A stretch of 64,000 nt of DNA. Origin: a virus. Its lineage: Duplodnaviria; Heunggongvirae; Uroviricota; Caudoviricetes. Under the pieces are notes generated by a model, which was given only the letters and a program-made list of their open reading frames with translations, ran no database searches and was not told the DNA's origin. Position 1 is the stretch's first letter. Every line of letters begins with the position of its first letter. Shown piece by piece: positions 28,181 to 38,608 of the stretch. Both the position numbers and the translations under genes were made by a program. The stretch is taken from IMG/VR virus record IMGVR_UViG_3300012286_000299, positions 109,277 to 173,276 of that record; one strand, given 5' to 3'.

Positions 28181-29529
28181 TAAAATTTATAATATTTGAT
28201 TTAGATGGTGTTTTAGTAGAAGCCAAAAATATTCATTTTGAAGCTTTAAATGAAGCTTTAGGAAAAAAATATGAAATATCTTGGAATGAACATTTAAGTA
28301 AATATGATGGTTTAAAAACAAATCAAAAACTTGAAATGTTAACTCAAGATAAAGGGTTACCTGTTGCATTATATAAACAAGTTTGGGATGAAAAACAACG
28401 ATTAACTTTACATAAGTTAAAAAACTTACAACCTGATACTCAATTAATGGTTTGTATGGATTCATTAGTACAACAAGGTTATAAATTAGCAGTATGTTCA
28501 AATAGTATACGTAAAACTGTATTAACAGTGTTATCTAAATTAAATATAATTGAAAATTTTGATTTAATATTATCTAATGAAGACGTAAAGAATAGTAAAC
28601 CTCATCCTGAGATTTATTGGAAAGCCATATCACAAATGGGTTTTTTACCTGAGGAAACACTTATTGTTGAGGATTCACCTTATGGTTTACTAGCCGCAAG
28701 CAGGAGTAAAGCTTCTGTAATGAGAGTTGGATCCCCAAAAGATATTTCGTATAATAACATTTATAAATACTTAAACCAAGAAAAAATGAATTTAACACCT
28801 AAATGGAAAGATGACAAATTAAATGTTTTAATTCCTATGGCTGGAGCTGGTTCACGTTTTGAACAAGCAGGTTATACTTTTCCTAAACCTCTAATAGAAG
28901 TAAAAGGTAAACCAATGATCCAAGTTGTAGTTGAAAACTTAAACTTAGAAGCAAATTATATTTATGTAGTACAAAAAGCTCATAGACAAAAATATAACTT
29001 AGATACATTATTAAATCTAATTACACCAGGATGTAAAATTGTAGAGACTGATGGGTTAACTGAAGGAGCAGCATGTACTGCTTTATTAGCTAAAGAATTT
29101 ATAGACAACAATGCTCCATTGTTTTTTGCTAATTCAGATCAATTTGTAGAATGGGACTCAAATGAATTTATGTATAAAATGAATGAAACTAACGCTGATG
29201 GTGGTATTGTTTCATTTACTGCTACTCACCCTAAATGGTCATTTGCTAAAGTTGATGAAAACGGATTAGTAACTAAAGTTGCTGAGAAAAATCCTATTTC
29301 AGATATAGCAACTGTAGGATATTACTACTGGAAACATGGTTCAGATTTTGTTAAATATGCTGAGCAAATGATTGAAAAAAATATAAGAGTAAATAATGAA
29401 TTCTATGTATGTCCTGTATTTAATCAAGCAATTGAAGATTGTAAACAAATCCGAACTTTTAACACTAATGGAATGTGGGGTCTTGGAACACCTGAAGATT
29501 TAAATTATTATTTAGAACATTATGTATAA
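28177..29529 (+). CDS. bifunctional HAD-family phosphatase / sugar-1-phosphate nucleotidyltransferase
   Basis: N-terminal FDLDGVLVE (DxDGxL HAD motif I); central LIPMAGAGSRFEQAGYTFPKPLIEV (GxGxR nucleotidyltransferase loop). Confidence 0.7.
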   Translation: MIKFIIFDLDGVLVEAKNIHFEALNEALGKKYEISWNEHLSKYDGLKTNQKLEMLTQDKGLPVALYKQVWDEKQRLTLHKLKNLQPDTQLMVCMDSLVQQGYKLAVCSNSIRKTVLTVLSKLNIIENFDLILSNEDVKNSKPHPEIYWKAISQMGFLPEETLIVEDSPYGLLAASRSKASVMRVGSPKDISYNNIYKYLNQEKMNLTPKWKDDKLNVLIPMAGAGSRFEQAGYTFPKPLIEVKGKPMIQVVVENLNLEANYIYVVQKAHRQKYNLDTLLNLITPGCKIVETDGLTEGAACTALLAKEFIDNNAPLFFANSDQFVEWDSNEFMYKMNETNADGGIVSFTATHPKWSFAKVDENGLVTKVAEKNPISDIATVGYYYWKHGSDFVKYAEQMIEKNIRVNNEFYVCPVFNQAIEDCKQIRTFNTNGMWGLGTPEDLNYYLEHYV

Positions 29530-30322
29530 ATTACATATAGTAATACCTATTGGAGTAAGTTCACCTGGGACTCCAGTACCTGAATTTTTATTAAATGGTA
29601 TAGAAAGTTTAAAAGAACAAACATTAGATGATATTCTAATTACAGTAGCAGCTGACGAAAATATATCAGATGAATGTAAACAAGTATTAAAAGATACAGG
29701 TGTAAATGTTGAATGGTTTCCTGAGTATTCTTATTTTACTAAAGAAGGAATTTGGGGTAAAATATTTAAATGTTGGGAAAATTATGATTCACAATATGTT
29801 TCATTTCTTCATTATGATGATCTTTGGGAAAGTAATAAAGCTTTAAATCAAATTAATTTTATTGAAAAAAACAATTTAGATGGTTGTTGGTCCCAAGTAT
29901 ATCTTATAAATGATAATAATGAAATTACTAGTGGAGATAGTATGCAAATTAGTAAATTATCTGCTAATTCTGTAGGATATTTAATTCCATGGATGTGTCA
30001 TTCTACTATTATAAAAAAAGATACCATATTAAACTGTGGAATATTAGAATATAGAGAAAAATGGAATTGTGATTTTGAATGGTTATATACTGTATTTTTA
30101 CATAAAATTAAAAACCTAATGAAATGTGAGGATGCTATATTTTTATGGAGACAACATGAAAGTCAAGTATCACACGCTCAAGGGATTAATATGAAAGAAG
30201 ATAATAATCATGTTAAAGAACAAAGAGAACTTGTAGGTTATTCGTTTGATGAAACCATGGAAGATTCTCGTTATGTGATGGAAAATATAAATTTAGAGGA
30301 GATTAAAAAACTATACAAATAA
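29522..30322 (+). CDS. putative GT2-like glycosyltransferase
   Basis: IVIPIG...ESLKEQTLDDILITVAADEN resembles the GT2 N-terminal signature. Confidence 0.4.
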   Translation: MYKLHIVIPIGVSSPGTPVPEFLLNGIESLKEQTLDDILITVAADENISDECKQVLKDTGVNVEWFPEYSYFTKEGIWGKIFKCWENYDSQYVSFLHYDDLWESNKALNQINFIEKNNLDGCWSQVYLINDNNEITSGDSMQISKLSANSVGYLIPWMCHSTIIKKDTILNCGILEYREKWNCDFEWLYTVFLHKIKNLMKCEDAIFLWRQHESQVSHAQGINMKEDNNHVKEQRELVGYSFDETMEDSRYVMENINLEEIKKLYK

Positions 30323-30324
30323 AA

Positions 30325-31011
30325 ATGGAAAATTTAAATCAATATGTAAATATGCTTAATGAAGCATACAAAATGGGAACAAATAACCACCCAGAACACA
30401 ATTCAAATCCTAATTATTGGGGCTTACTTTTAAATAGTATTAAATCAAATCCTGAAAACTGGGATGGGAAAAAAGCACTTGATTTTGGGTGTGGTAAAGG
30501 AAGAAATGTAACTAATATGTTATCTTTAGCTAATTTTGAAAGAGTAGATGGTATAGATGTTAGTGAAGATAATGTTAGATACTGTAAAGAAATATACACT
30601 AATCAACCTTCTGACTTTTATAAAAATTCAGGGGAAGATTTATCTGATTTAAATGATAATGAATATGATTTTGTAATGAGTACTATTGTATTCCAACATA
30701 TTTGTGTACATGAATTAAGATATAAATTAAAAGAAGAAATATATAGAGTATTAAAACCTGGAGGAGAATTTTCATTCCAAATGGGATTTGGACCTATAGA
30801 TTGGAGTGGTAATACAAAACAGAGAACTTACTTTGAAAATGGGTATAACGCTGAAAATTCTAATGGAAGTAATGATGTTCGAGTATCAGACCCACAAGAT
30901 TTAGTTAATGATTTAAGTAAAATTGGTTTTAAAGATATTACTTATTCTGTTGAAGAGCCTTGGGAAGATGGAGGTCATCCTAATTGGATTTATGTAAAAT
31001 GTTTTAAATAA
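30325..31011 (+). CDS. SAM-dependent methyltransferase
   Basis: Motif I ALDFGCGKGRN; motif post-I DGIDVSE; class I MTase length. Confidence 0.6.
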   Translation: MENLNQYVNMLNEAYKMGTNNHPEHNSNPNYWGLLLNSIKSNPENWDGKKALDFGCGKGRNVTNMLSLANFERVDGIDVSEDNVRYCKEIYTNQPSDFYKNSGEDLSDLNDNEYDFVMSTIVFQHICVHELRYKLKEEIYRVLKPGGEFSFQMGFGPIDWSGNTKQRTYFENGYNAENSNGSNDVRVSDPQDLVNDLSKIGFKDITYSVEEPWEDGGHPNWIYVKCFK

Positions 31012-31871
31012 TGAACACTTGTATATTTACAACTCATACCACTTTAAATTTAAAACATGCTGAATACAGTTTGAAGTCCCTATTGGGGCTTCAAAGTGTT
31101 GATGTGATATGGGATAATTTTATAATTTATAATACTCATGATCATGAATTGAGTAACTATGATTTAGTAAATTTAATTAAACAATTTGATGTTAAGAATT
31201 ATATTAAAAACCTTTTAATATTTCCTTATGATTCTGAAATAAATAAAAAAAATTTATTACAAGATATAAGAAATTGGTATGATATAGGATTATCATTAGA
31301 ATTACAAAACACACCAGGTAAAATGTTATGGTTAAAATCAGACTATTGTGTTTCTAATAATTTCAACCAAATATTCTTAGAACATAGTCTTAATAATTGT
31401 ATGTGGTCATTACCTACATTAGGGGCTAAACAAAAAATTAGTTATGACACTATATTAACTAAACTTAATTTACCTGAGTTTACTACATCAGATTTTGAAA
31501 CATATTATAGGGGAGGAGATAATCCTAATAATGAATTATCTAATGAAGAAATATCACCTAATGGAGAAATGGATTATCATCCATCTATAAATTATGTTTC
31601 TCATAATTACGTTCATGATTTTAACTTACATGTTATATCTAATGATACTTTAGAATTAGGTAGAGAATTAGCTTATCATCCTCAAGTATTCGATATGAAT
31701 TCAACATGGGGTGGTCCCCATAATTTATTTTATGGTTTGAAACAAAATGGAGTGTATTTTAGTGGTGAATATAGAGCTTATGGTATCCATATGTTTCATG
31801 AAATAATTTCTGAAAATAGGTTGGAAGACAGAGGAGATGATCGTAAATTACATATAGGAGAAAAATATTAA
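31011..31871 (+). CDS. hypothetical protein in the glycosylation island
   Basis: ORF coupled by ATGA. Confidence 0.45.
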   Translation: MNTCIFTTHTTLNLKHAEYSLKSLLGLQSVDVIWDNFIIYNTHDHELSNYDLVNLIKQFDVKNYIKNLLIFPYDSEINKKNLLQDIRNWYDIGLSLELQNTPGKMLWLKSDYCVSNNFNQIFLEHSLNNCMWSLPTLGAKQKISYDTILTKLNLPEFTTSDFETYYRGGDNPNNELSNEEISPNGEMDYHPSINYVSHNYVHDFNLHVISNDTLELGRELAYHPQVFDMNSTWGGPHNLFYGLKQNGVYFSGEYRAYGIHMFHEIISENRLEDRGDDRKLHIGEKY

Positions 31872-31877
31872 AAAATT

Positions 31878-32312
31878 ATGATACTAATTTCACATAGAGG
31901 GAATACAAACGGGAAGTTTGAATCCTATGAAAATGAACCTAATTACATTGATAAAGCCATATCAGAAGGATATGATGTTGAAATTGATATTTGGTGTATT
32001 GAAGGTCTTTTATTATTAGGACATGATAAACCACAATACGGTATAACACAACATTGGTTAAATGAACGACATGATAAATTATGGATACATTGTAAAAATG
32101 TAGAAGCTGTAGAATGGTTTAACATGATTAAAGGGTTTAATTATTTTTGGCATGAAGAAGATACAGTAACATTGACATCACATGGATTTATTTGGGCTTA
32201 CCCAGGTAAACAACCTATAAAAAATTCAATAGCAGTATTACCTGAAAAATACAATGATAATTTAAATCAATGTATAGGAATATGCTCCGATTATTTAAAA
32301 AATTATAAATAA
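31878..32312 (+). CDS. glycerophosphodiester-phosphodiesterase-like (GDPD-fold) protein
   Basis: ISHRGN...ENT...EIDIW pattern (HR...E...E/D) of the GDPD N-terminus. Confidence 0.4.
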   Translation: MILISHRGNTNGKFESYENEPNYIDKAISEGYDVEIDIWCIEGLLLLGHDKPQYGITQHWLNERHDKLWIHCKNVEAVEWFNMIKGFNYFWHEEDTVTLTSHGFIWAYPGKQPIKNSIAVLPEKYNDNLNQCIGICSDYLKNYK

Positions 32313-32908
32313 TGAAAAACAGAGTTATTTTAGGAGGACCTTTAAGAGGAAATATAAATAACTGGAATAAATTACAAGAATTATTCTCATTATTATCAGC
32401 TGAGGTATACGTGTCATCTTATACAAAATGGGAAAATGTTCCTTTTGAATATCATTATACTCAAACAAAACCCTTTTTAGATTTAACATGTTTTTCTCAA
32501 GGACAACATGTTCACAATGCTAGATATAAAGAACAATGGGAATCATTATATACTTGTTATTCTACCTTTTCTCCATCATTTTCAGAAGATGATATAATCT
32601 TTAAATTAAGAAATGATATATGTTTAGAATCTTCATTAAATATATTATTAGAACTCCAAATAAAAGATAATTACATACACGCTCCCAATACTGAATTTCA
32701 TATGAATTGTCCATTTGATGTGAATGTAGTATGTAATGACCAATTTTATATTTCTAAAAAACCAGTAGCTGATAAGATCTTTAATCTTCCTTATAATTTT
32801 GTATTTGATTCTAATAAAGATTTAGGTATAGAAGCTATTTTACGGGATTATATGTCACAACAAAATATCAATTTAGAAACATTTGAATTTAAATACTCCC
32901 GAGTATGA
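32312..32908 (+). CDS. putative sugar-modifying protein, paralog of 32905-33618
   Basis: Shared N-terminal pattern with the next ORF. Confidence 0.45.
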   Translation: MKNRVILGGPLRGNINNWNKLQELFSLLSAEVYVSSYTKWENVPFEYHYTQTKPFLDLTCFSQGQHVHNARYKEQWESLYTCYSTFSPSFSEDDIIFKLRNDICLESSLNILLELQIKDNYIHAPNTEFHMNCPFDVNVVCNDQFYISKKPVADKIFNLPYNFVFDSNKDLGIEAILRDYMSQQNINLETFEFKYSRV

Positions 32909-33618
32909 AGTTAGCAATTTGCATAAGTGGTCAACCTAGAAATTTTGAACAAGGTTATGAAAGTTTAAAAACTTATTTTTTAGACAAATATGATTGTGAT
33001 ATTTACTTTCATACTTGGAAAATTGATAGTTTTGAATCAACTAATTTTGGTTTTGGTAATCATCAATATAGTTTTGATAGAAATGATTATTATAGTTTAA
33101 ACTTTTTATATCAACCCAAAAATCACATTTTAGAAAATCCTATTATATTTGATAGTAGTGGTTATAAATGTCCAATTTGGAGACAACCACTAAATAATAC
33201 ATTAAGTATGTTTTATTCTATTTATAGATCTTTTCAATTAATTGAAGGGAATTATGATTATATTATAAGAACTAGATTTGATGTAAATTACTCTAAATTT
33301 AATTTGGAGTTTCCAGAAAAAGGTATTATATTACCAGAATGGAATACTGATATTAGAGTTAAATCTAGGGGTTATTATGATGTATTTGCTTTGGGTAAAC
33401 CCGAAGATATGAAAATATATTCACAAGTATTTTCAAATATTATATCTTATGTAACTAATGATGAAGATTTTCTTAACTTCTTAACAGGAGGTTGGCCTGG
33501 ACAAGACTCACCATTAAGAAATGAGTATTTATTAAAATGGCATTTATTAAAAAATAATATAAAAGTAAAAGAATTACCTACATTAGAAATAAAAGCTGAT
33601 GTTGGTTTAATAAGATAA
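32905..33618 (+). CDS. putative sugar-modifying protein (paralog pair)
   Basis: AICISGQPRNFEQGYESL...DIYFHTW similar to 32312 ORF ILGGPLRGNINNW...EVYVSSYTKW. Confidence 0.45.
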   Translation: MKLAICISGQPRNFEQGYESLKTYFLDKYDCDIYFHTWKIDSFESTNFGFGNHQYSFDRNDYYSLNFLYQPKNHILENPIIFDSSGYKCPIWRQPLNNTLSMFYSIYRSFQLIEGNYDYIIRTRFDVNYSKFNLEFPEKGIILPEWNTDIRVKSRGYYDVFALGKPEDMKIYSQVFSNIISYVTNDEDFLNFLTGGWPGQDSPLRNEYLLKWHLLKNNIKVKELPTLEIKADVGLIR

Positions 33619-33619
33619 T

Positions 33620-34534
33620 ATGAAAGGAGTCATAACTATATTTGCATTACCCCAAGAATTAGAAGATTTATCTTTAACATTATATAACCTAAAAAGAAAT
33701 TCAGTTTATTTAGACCCACAAGACAAATATTCAGTAGACATAACATTATGTTTATCAGATGAATTAACAGATTGGAACAGTTCTATATTACCTAAAGATT
33801 ATATTGAACAACGAACTATTGAATTATGTAAAAAGTTTTTAGATTGGTGTGAATATGATTTAAATATTGAAAAAGGAGATAATATATTAGGATGTGTTTC
33901 TCAAAGACGATATAGTTTAAATAAACATCAAGATGCTGATTTTTTTATTTGGTTAGATTGTGATTTTATATTTAAAGATTCAACATTATCCTATATGGCT
34001 ACTGCATATCAAAATATAAAAGATATAGGAACTAATAATTTTATTCTAACCCCTCAATTTGTAAGACAATGGGACACTTCATGGGATGTATTAGTTAATG
34101 AAAAATTTATAAATCACCCTATATGTTACCACGAATCAGCAGATGTTTATATTGATACCCTTCCACAAAATGATGAAATACAAGTTAAACAAATCAATAA
34201 CATTAAATTTGCAGGTGGGTGGTTCACATTAATAACAGGTAAATTATTACAAGAAATAACTATCCCTGAATCTTTAGGCCATTATGGTTTAGAAGATAAT
34301 TTTGTTATTGAGTGTTCTAAAATACTACAACATAAAGGTGTAAATATATCTCAATTTATATTAGACGGACTTGTTATAGGTGAAAGTTATACTCATAGAC
34401 CAAATCAAACTATTAAAAATTTTATTACAAGTAAAAATAGAAAACAAGAATTTACTCAAATAGCACAAGATAATTTTCCAATTGAATTAAATAAATTTTA
34501 TGAAAGAAGTAACAGTAGTATTAACAGCCTGTAA
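33620..34534 (+). CDS. putative GT-A glycosyltransferase (DxD)
   Basis: FFIWLDCDFIF DxD-like motif. Confidence 0.35.
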   Translation: MKGVITIFALPQELEDLSLTLYNLKRNSVYLDPQDKYSVDITLCLSDELTDWNSSILPKDYIEQRTIELCKKFLDWCEYDLNIEKGDNILGCVSQRRYSLNKHQDADFFIWLDCDFIFKDSTLSYMATAYQNIKDIGTNNFILTPQFVRQWDTSWDVLVNEKFINHPICYHESADVYIDTLPQNDEIQVKQINNIKFAGGWFTLITGKLLQEITIPESLGHYGLEDNFVIECSKILQHKGVNISQFILDGLVIGESYTHRPNQTIKNFITSKNRKQEFTQIAQDNFPIELNKFYERSNSSINSL

Positions 34535-35189
34535 TAGGGCAGATTTATTAGAACGAACTTTAGATAGTTTTTTCGAAATGAACACTTATCCTCTTAAACG
34601 TTTTATTATCATTGATGATGGGATGAATTTTGGATGTAATGATTTTGTTAAAGATAAATATGATTTTCCTATTGAATTAATTTATAATGATCCTAAATTA
34701 TATCAAATTAAATCTATTGATTATGCCTATTCTTTAGTTGATACTGAATATATATTTCATATGGAAGAGGATTGGTTATTTCTTAAATCAGGTTTTATTG
34801 AAGATTCAATAGAAATATTAGAACAAGATCCTAACATAGTTCAAGTATGGTTAAGAGGTTTAGATGATAAAACTTTAAATCACCCTTATTCTCCTGATTT
34901 ATATTCTAGTGGTGATAAAAAATTAGTAATGAATTTACCTAATGGAGTATGGGGTGGAATTAGTTTTAACCCGGGATTAAATAGATTAAGTGATTGGAAA
35001 TCATTTGCTAATGGTTATGATGGATGTACTAGATTAACTCCTCCAGAAAACAGTGGTGGTGTAACACTTGAATGTGATATATCATATGAAAACATTCAAC
35101 GAGGTAAAATCACTATGAGATTTGTAGAATCATACATAGAACATATAGGATGGGATAGACATATAATACACGGAATAAATGGAGAATAA
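34500..35189 (+). CDS. GT2 glycosyltransferase
   Basis: VTVVLTACNRADLLERTLDSF...FIIIDDG matches the GT2 N-terminal signature. Confidence 0.65.
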   Translation: MKEVTVVLTACNRADLLERTLDSFFEMNTYPLKRFIIIDDGMNFGCNDFVKDKYDFPIELIYNDPKLYQIKSIDYAYSLVDTEYIFHMEEDWLFLKSGFIEDSIEILEQDPNIVQVWLRGLDDKTLNHPYSPDLYSSGDKKLVMNLPNGVWGGISFNPGLNRLSDWKSFANGYDGCTRLTPPENSGGVTLECDISYENIQRGKITMRFVESYIEHIGWDRHIIHGINGE

Positions 35190-36384
35190 ATTTAATATAA
35201 GCAATATATCAGTTGTTGTACCAAGTTACAATAATTTAGAATACCTTAAATCTTTATATAAATCAGTTAGACAAGTTTCATCTGAAATTGAATTAATAAT
35301 GTTTAGTGATGGTTCAACTGATGGGACTAAAGAATGGTTAGAACAATTAAATGATTCTAATTCAATAATAAAATGTTATAATGAAAGAAAGGGACATACC
35401 TTATTATATGATGAAGGATTTTTATTAGCAACTAAAGAAATCATAGGTATATTACATGCTGATATGATTGTAAATAAGAATTTCTTTAATTCTATTATAA
35501 AACATATTGCTACTAATAATATAGTTTGTGGAACGTGTATAGAACCACCTTTACACCCACCTGGAGGAGAAAAACATATATTAGATCTTGGAATGTATCC
35601 TAATGAATTCAATGAGGATAAATTTAATAGTTTTTGTAATGATAAAGATGTAAATCAAATATCCGAAGGTATATTTGCTCCTTGGTTTTTACTTAAAGAT
35701 GATTATATATCAAAAATAGGTAAACATGATATTATATATGCTCCTTATGGATACGAAGATAGTGATCTATTTACTAGAATGGCTTTAGCTAATTTTAATT
35801 TTATACAAAGTAGAGATGCTTTTGTATATCATTTTACTCAAAGAGGTCATAAATGGACTAAAGGAGTAGGGATAGAAAATAATGATTATCAGTATCAAAT
35901 GGGTAAAACTCGAAAAGAATATATTAGAAAGTTTGGGAGTGATCCTAAATTTGATTTTAATCATAAACCTACCCCTTCACCTAAATATAATATTGCTTAT
36001 GTAGTTAAACATGCAAACATGCAAATAGTAGAAGTATTAGAACCTTGGTGTGATAGACTTTATATTGAAGACAGTATGCAAGTGATTACAGATTCTTATA
36101 GAGAAAAAGAACAACTAAATACCAAGTTTGATTTATCAAAAAGAGTTCTTACATTGGAGTATAATGATCCAAAAGGAGAGAATGACATCGTAGTAGAATT
36201 TGATGCAAAACAATTTACAAATGCCGATTTTGCTTTCTTACAAAGACTTCCTGAGATTATAAAAGATAATGGAGATATAGGTGAATTTGAATTTGATATA
36301 TTTAAAATAACTATCAATTCAATGACTGAATACCAAAATGATTTAATTTATTTTGATAAAAATAATATTTATATTAAAACATAA
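35179..36384 (+). CDS. GT2 glycosyltransferase
   Basis: ISVVVPSYNNLEYLKSL...IMFSDGSTDGT GT2 signature. Confidence 0.7.
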   Translation: MENKFNISNISVVVPSYNNLEYLKSLYKSVRQVSSEIELIMFSDGSTDGTKEWLEQLNDSNSIIKCYNERKGHTLLYDEGFLLATKEIIGILHADMIVNKNFFNSIIKHIATNNIVCGTCIEPPLHPPGGEKHILDLGMYPNEFNEDKFNSFCNDKDVNQISEGIFAPWFLLKDDYISKIGKHDIIYAPYGYEDSDLFTRMALANFNFIQSRDAFVYHFTQRGHKWTKGVGIENNDYQYQMGKTRKEYIRKFGSDPKFDFNHKPTPSPKYNIAYVVKHANMQIVEVLEPWCDRLYIEDSMQVITDSYREKEQLNTKFDLSKRVLTLEYNDPKGENDIVVEFDAKQFTNADFAFLQRLPEIIKDNGDIGEFEFDIFKITINSMTEYQNDLIYFDKNNIYIKT

Positions 36385-36387
36385 ATT

Positions 36388-36834
36388 ATGGAATTTAAAT
36401 TACGAGATTTTTTCTTAAATGAAGAACTTCTTAGAGAAGAAGGTGAACTAAATTATGAAGCCACTTTAGGAGGTGAAAAATTTAGAGTGGTAGTTGATGT
36501 AAATAAAAACCCAACTAAAAAAGGTATCAAGGTTAAATTTTTCCCTGTTAATGAACAAGGAATGGTCCTTAGTAACTTAACACCTGAAGAAATAGATACA
36601 TTACAAAATAGTATTGCAACTGCAGTAACATCAAAATTTACTGATTATGGTTTAGAATTTGATAGAGATACAGATGCCCCTGATAGACAAGCAGCTAATT
36701 TCCAAATCCCATTAGATTCAGTATTTGCTTTTATTAGAGATACAATATTAGGAGGAGGCGAAGAATCAAGTATGGAAACACAACCTACTGAAGTTCCAAA
36801 TGAAATAGGTTATGATGAAGAAGAAAACGCCTAA
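36388..36834 (+). CDS. acidic hypothetical protein
   Basis: ORF. Confidence 0.45.
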   Translation: MEFKLRDFFLNEELLREEGELNYEATLGGEKFRVVVDVNKNPTKKGIKVKFFPVNEQGMVLSNLTPEEIDTLQNSIATAVTSKFTDYGLEFDRDTDAPDRQAANFQIPLDSVFAFIRDTILGGGEESSMETQPTEVPNEIGYDEEENA

Positions 36835-37135
36835 TTTAATTTTAACAAGCTATAGTTTAAGAGGGGTACTAGATACCCTTTTTAATACTGAAATTCAAAA
36901 TGTTTTATATAATGAAACTTTTGAAAGTATTAAAACTGCTTTACAAACTAAAAAACGAGAATGTGTTGTATGTAACATTGGGCAATTAGAAACAACTATA
37001 ACACTTTCTAAATCCAATTGGGAACCTGCTTTAAAATCAATATTAGACTTTTATGTTAAAATAGAAGATTATGATAAATGTTCTCAAATTAACAAATTAA
37101 TACAAGAATTAAATGGAGAAGGAAGTAAAAAGTAA
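36812..37135 (+). CDS. small protein with C-terminal UVR-like motif
   Basis: IEDYDKCSQINKLIQEL; paralog of 38609 ORF. Confidence 0.4.
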   Translation: MMKKKTPNLILTSYSLRGVLDTLFNTEIQNVLYNETFESIKTALQTKKRECVVCNIGQLETTITLSKSNWEPALKSILDFYVKIEDYDKCSQINKLIQELNGEGSKK

Positions 37136-37532
37136 TCTTGAAGAGGGATTTAATAAACTTTTCAACACTACAGTTAATATTAAGAGACAAAAAAAGGATA
37201 AAGAATTAAGAAAAAAAACATTATTCATATCTCTTATTAAACAATATGAAGATGTTATATCTAATTCATTTAAATTATTTGAAGGTTTTGGAATTGATTT
37301 AAAAGATTATGAAGATAATTATCATCAAATCATAGATAAAGTGCTCTTACTAAGTTGGGGTGCTGATGTATATGAAATAATTAATTATTATTTATATGAT
37401 CGTTTCGCTATGGATGGATTACCTAATTGCATTATAGAAGAAGTAGAAGGTGTAGAACAAGAGGTATTTTTAAGTAACCCTGAAGAATTGTATAACTACT
37501 TAGTAAATATAAATCCGAATTTTTTAAAATAA
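37113..37532 (+). CDS. hypothetical protein
   Basis: ORF. Confidence 0.45.
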   Translation: MEKEVKSNLEEGFNKLFNTTVNIKRQKKDKELRKKTLFISLIKQYEDVISNSFKLFEGFGIDLKDYEDNYHQIIDKVLLLSWGADVYEIINYYLYDRFAMDGLPNCIIEEVEGVEQEVFLSNPEELYNYLVNINPNFLK

Positions 37533-37535
37533 GTT

Positions 37536-38192
37536 ATGGGAACTAGAGGTAAAGCCCCTAAAATTTACTCTAAGGAAGATTTGTTACGTTCAATGAAGGT
37601 TACTAAGAGTATCAGAGCAGCTGCTCGATACTTAAACTGTTCATATCAACATATTAAACCTTATTTTAAATCATATCGAGTTGATGACAACGATCCCAAC
37701 TCGCCTACATTATTTGATGTTCATAAAAATCAATTAGGTAAAGGTATTCCTAAATTCCTAAAACATCATGGTAAAGACCCGGATTTACAGAAAATACTAA
37801 CAGGAGAGTTATACACTGAATCATTTAGTATAGACAAATTCAAACGTCGTTTAATTCAGGAAGCTATATTAGCTGAAGAATGTGTTTGTTGTGGATTTAA
37901 AGAACAACGTGTATCAGATTATAGAGTACCCTTATTAATTAATTTTAAAAATGGGAATAAACGAGATTGGAAACGAGAAAATTTAGAATTTCTTTGTTAT
38001 AACTGTTACTTCTTAACAATTGGAGATGTGTTTACTAAAAAACAAACACAGGATATTGAAGATTATAATGAGGGGTATAAAGCAAATCAGGTAACTTGGG
38101 AATTAGATGAATATGCTGAAGAGCATTTCCGTTCACTAGGGTTAATTGATACTCCAAATGAAGAAGATGACTTTGTTTCTTATAATAGATAA
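37536..38192 (+). CDS. HNH-type (C4 zinc) endonuclease-like protein with N-terminal HTH
   Basis: CVCCGF...NGNKRDWKRENLEFLCYNCY; SIRAAARYLNCSYQHI HTH-like. Confidence 0.45.
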   Translation: MGTRGKAPKIYSKEDLLRSMKVTKSIRAAARYLNCSYQHIKPYFKSYRVDDNDPNSPTLFDVHKNQLGKGIPKFLKHHGKDPDLQKILTGELYTESFSIDKFKRRLIQEAILAEECVCCGFKEQRVSDYRVPLLINFKNGNKRDWKRENLEFLCYNCYFLTIGDVFTKKQTQDIEDYNEGYKANQVTWELDEYAEEHFRSLGLIDTPNEEDDFVSYNR

Positions 38193-38213
38193 GTTTGGAA
38201 ATTTAAAATTTTC

Positions 38214-38227
38214 TTCGTATATTATAA
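38214..38227 (+). promoter_or_regulatory. promoter-like box TTCGTATATTATAA
   Basis: Motif 16 bp upstream of the ATG at 38243. Confidence 0.45.
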
Positions 38228-38242
38228 GGTAAATCAAAAATT

Positions 38243-38608
38243 ATGAAAGTAGAAAATAGAGGTAGACAAGCCATAAATGATACTGTTATAAAACAATATA
38301 CTCAAGTATTTAAAGACCACAAAGGTGAAATAACTACTTGGGAATGGGACAAAAACATTCACGCAAATGGTCCTATTAGTGTTACTATTAAAGATCCCTT
38401 CTGGAGTGTTTTTGATAAAAAAGAAAAACAATTAGCTGATCTCTTAGATAGATACGAACCCAAAGGTAACGAGCGCAAACCACGTATTACAAAAGCTGAT
38501 AAAGAATTAATGGAGCAACTAGAATCCGAAATAAATGAAATCTGGTATGACTCATTCCCTGAAGATAGACCCAAAACTAGAAAACCAAGAACACCTAAAA
38601 ACAAATAA
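38243..38608 (+). CDS. hypothetical protein with basic tail
   Basis: ORF. Confidence 0.5.
   Translation: MKVENRGRQAINDTVIKQYTQVFKDHKGEITTWEWDKNIHANGPISVTIKDPFWSVFDKKEKQLADLLDRYEPKGNERKPRITKADKELMEQLESEINEIWYDSFPEDRPKTRKPRTPKNK

Noticed and set aside
28187-28501. Minus-strand ORF (104 aa)
   Set aside because: Antisense to the HAD domain of 28177-29529, which carries the DxDGxL motif.
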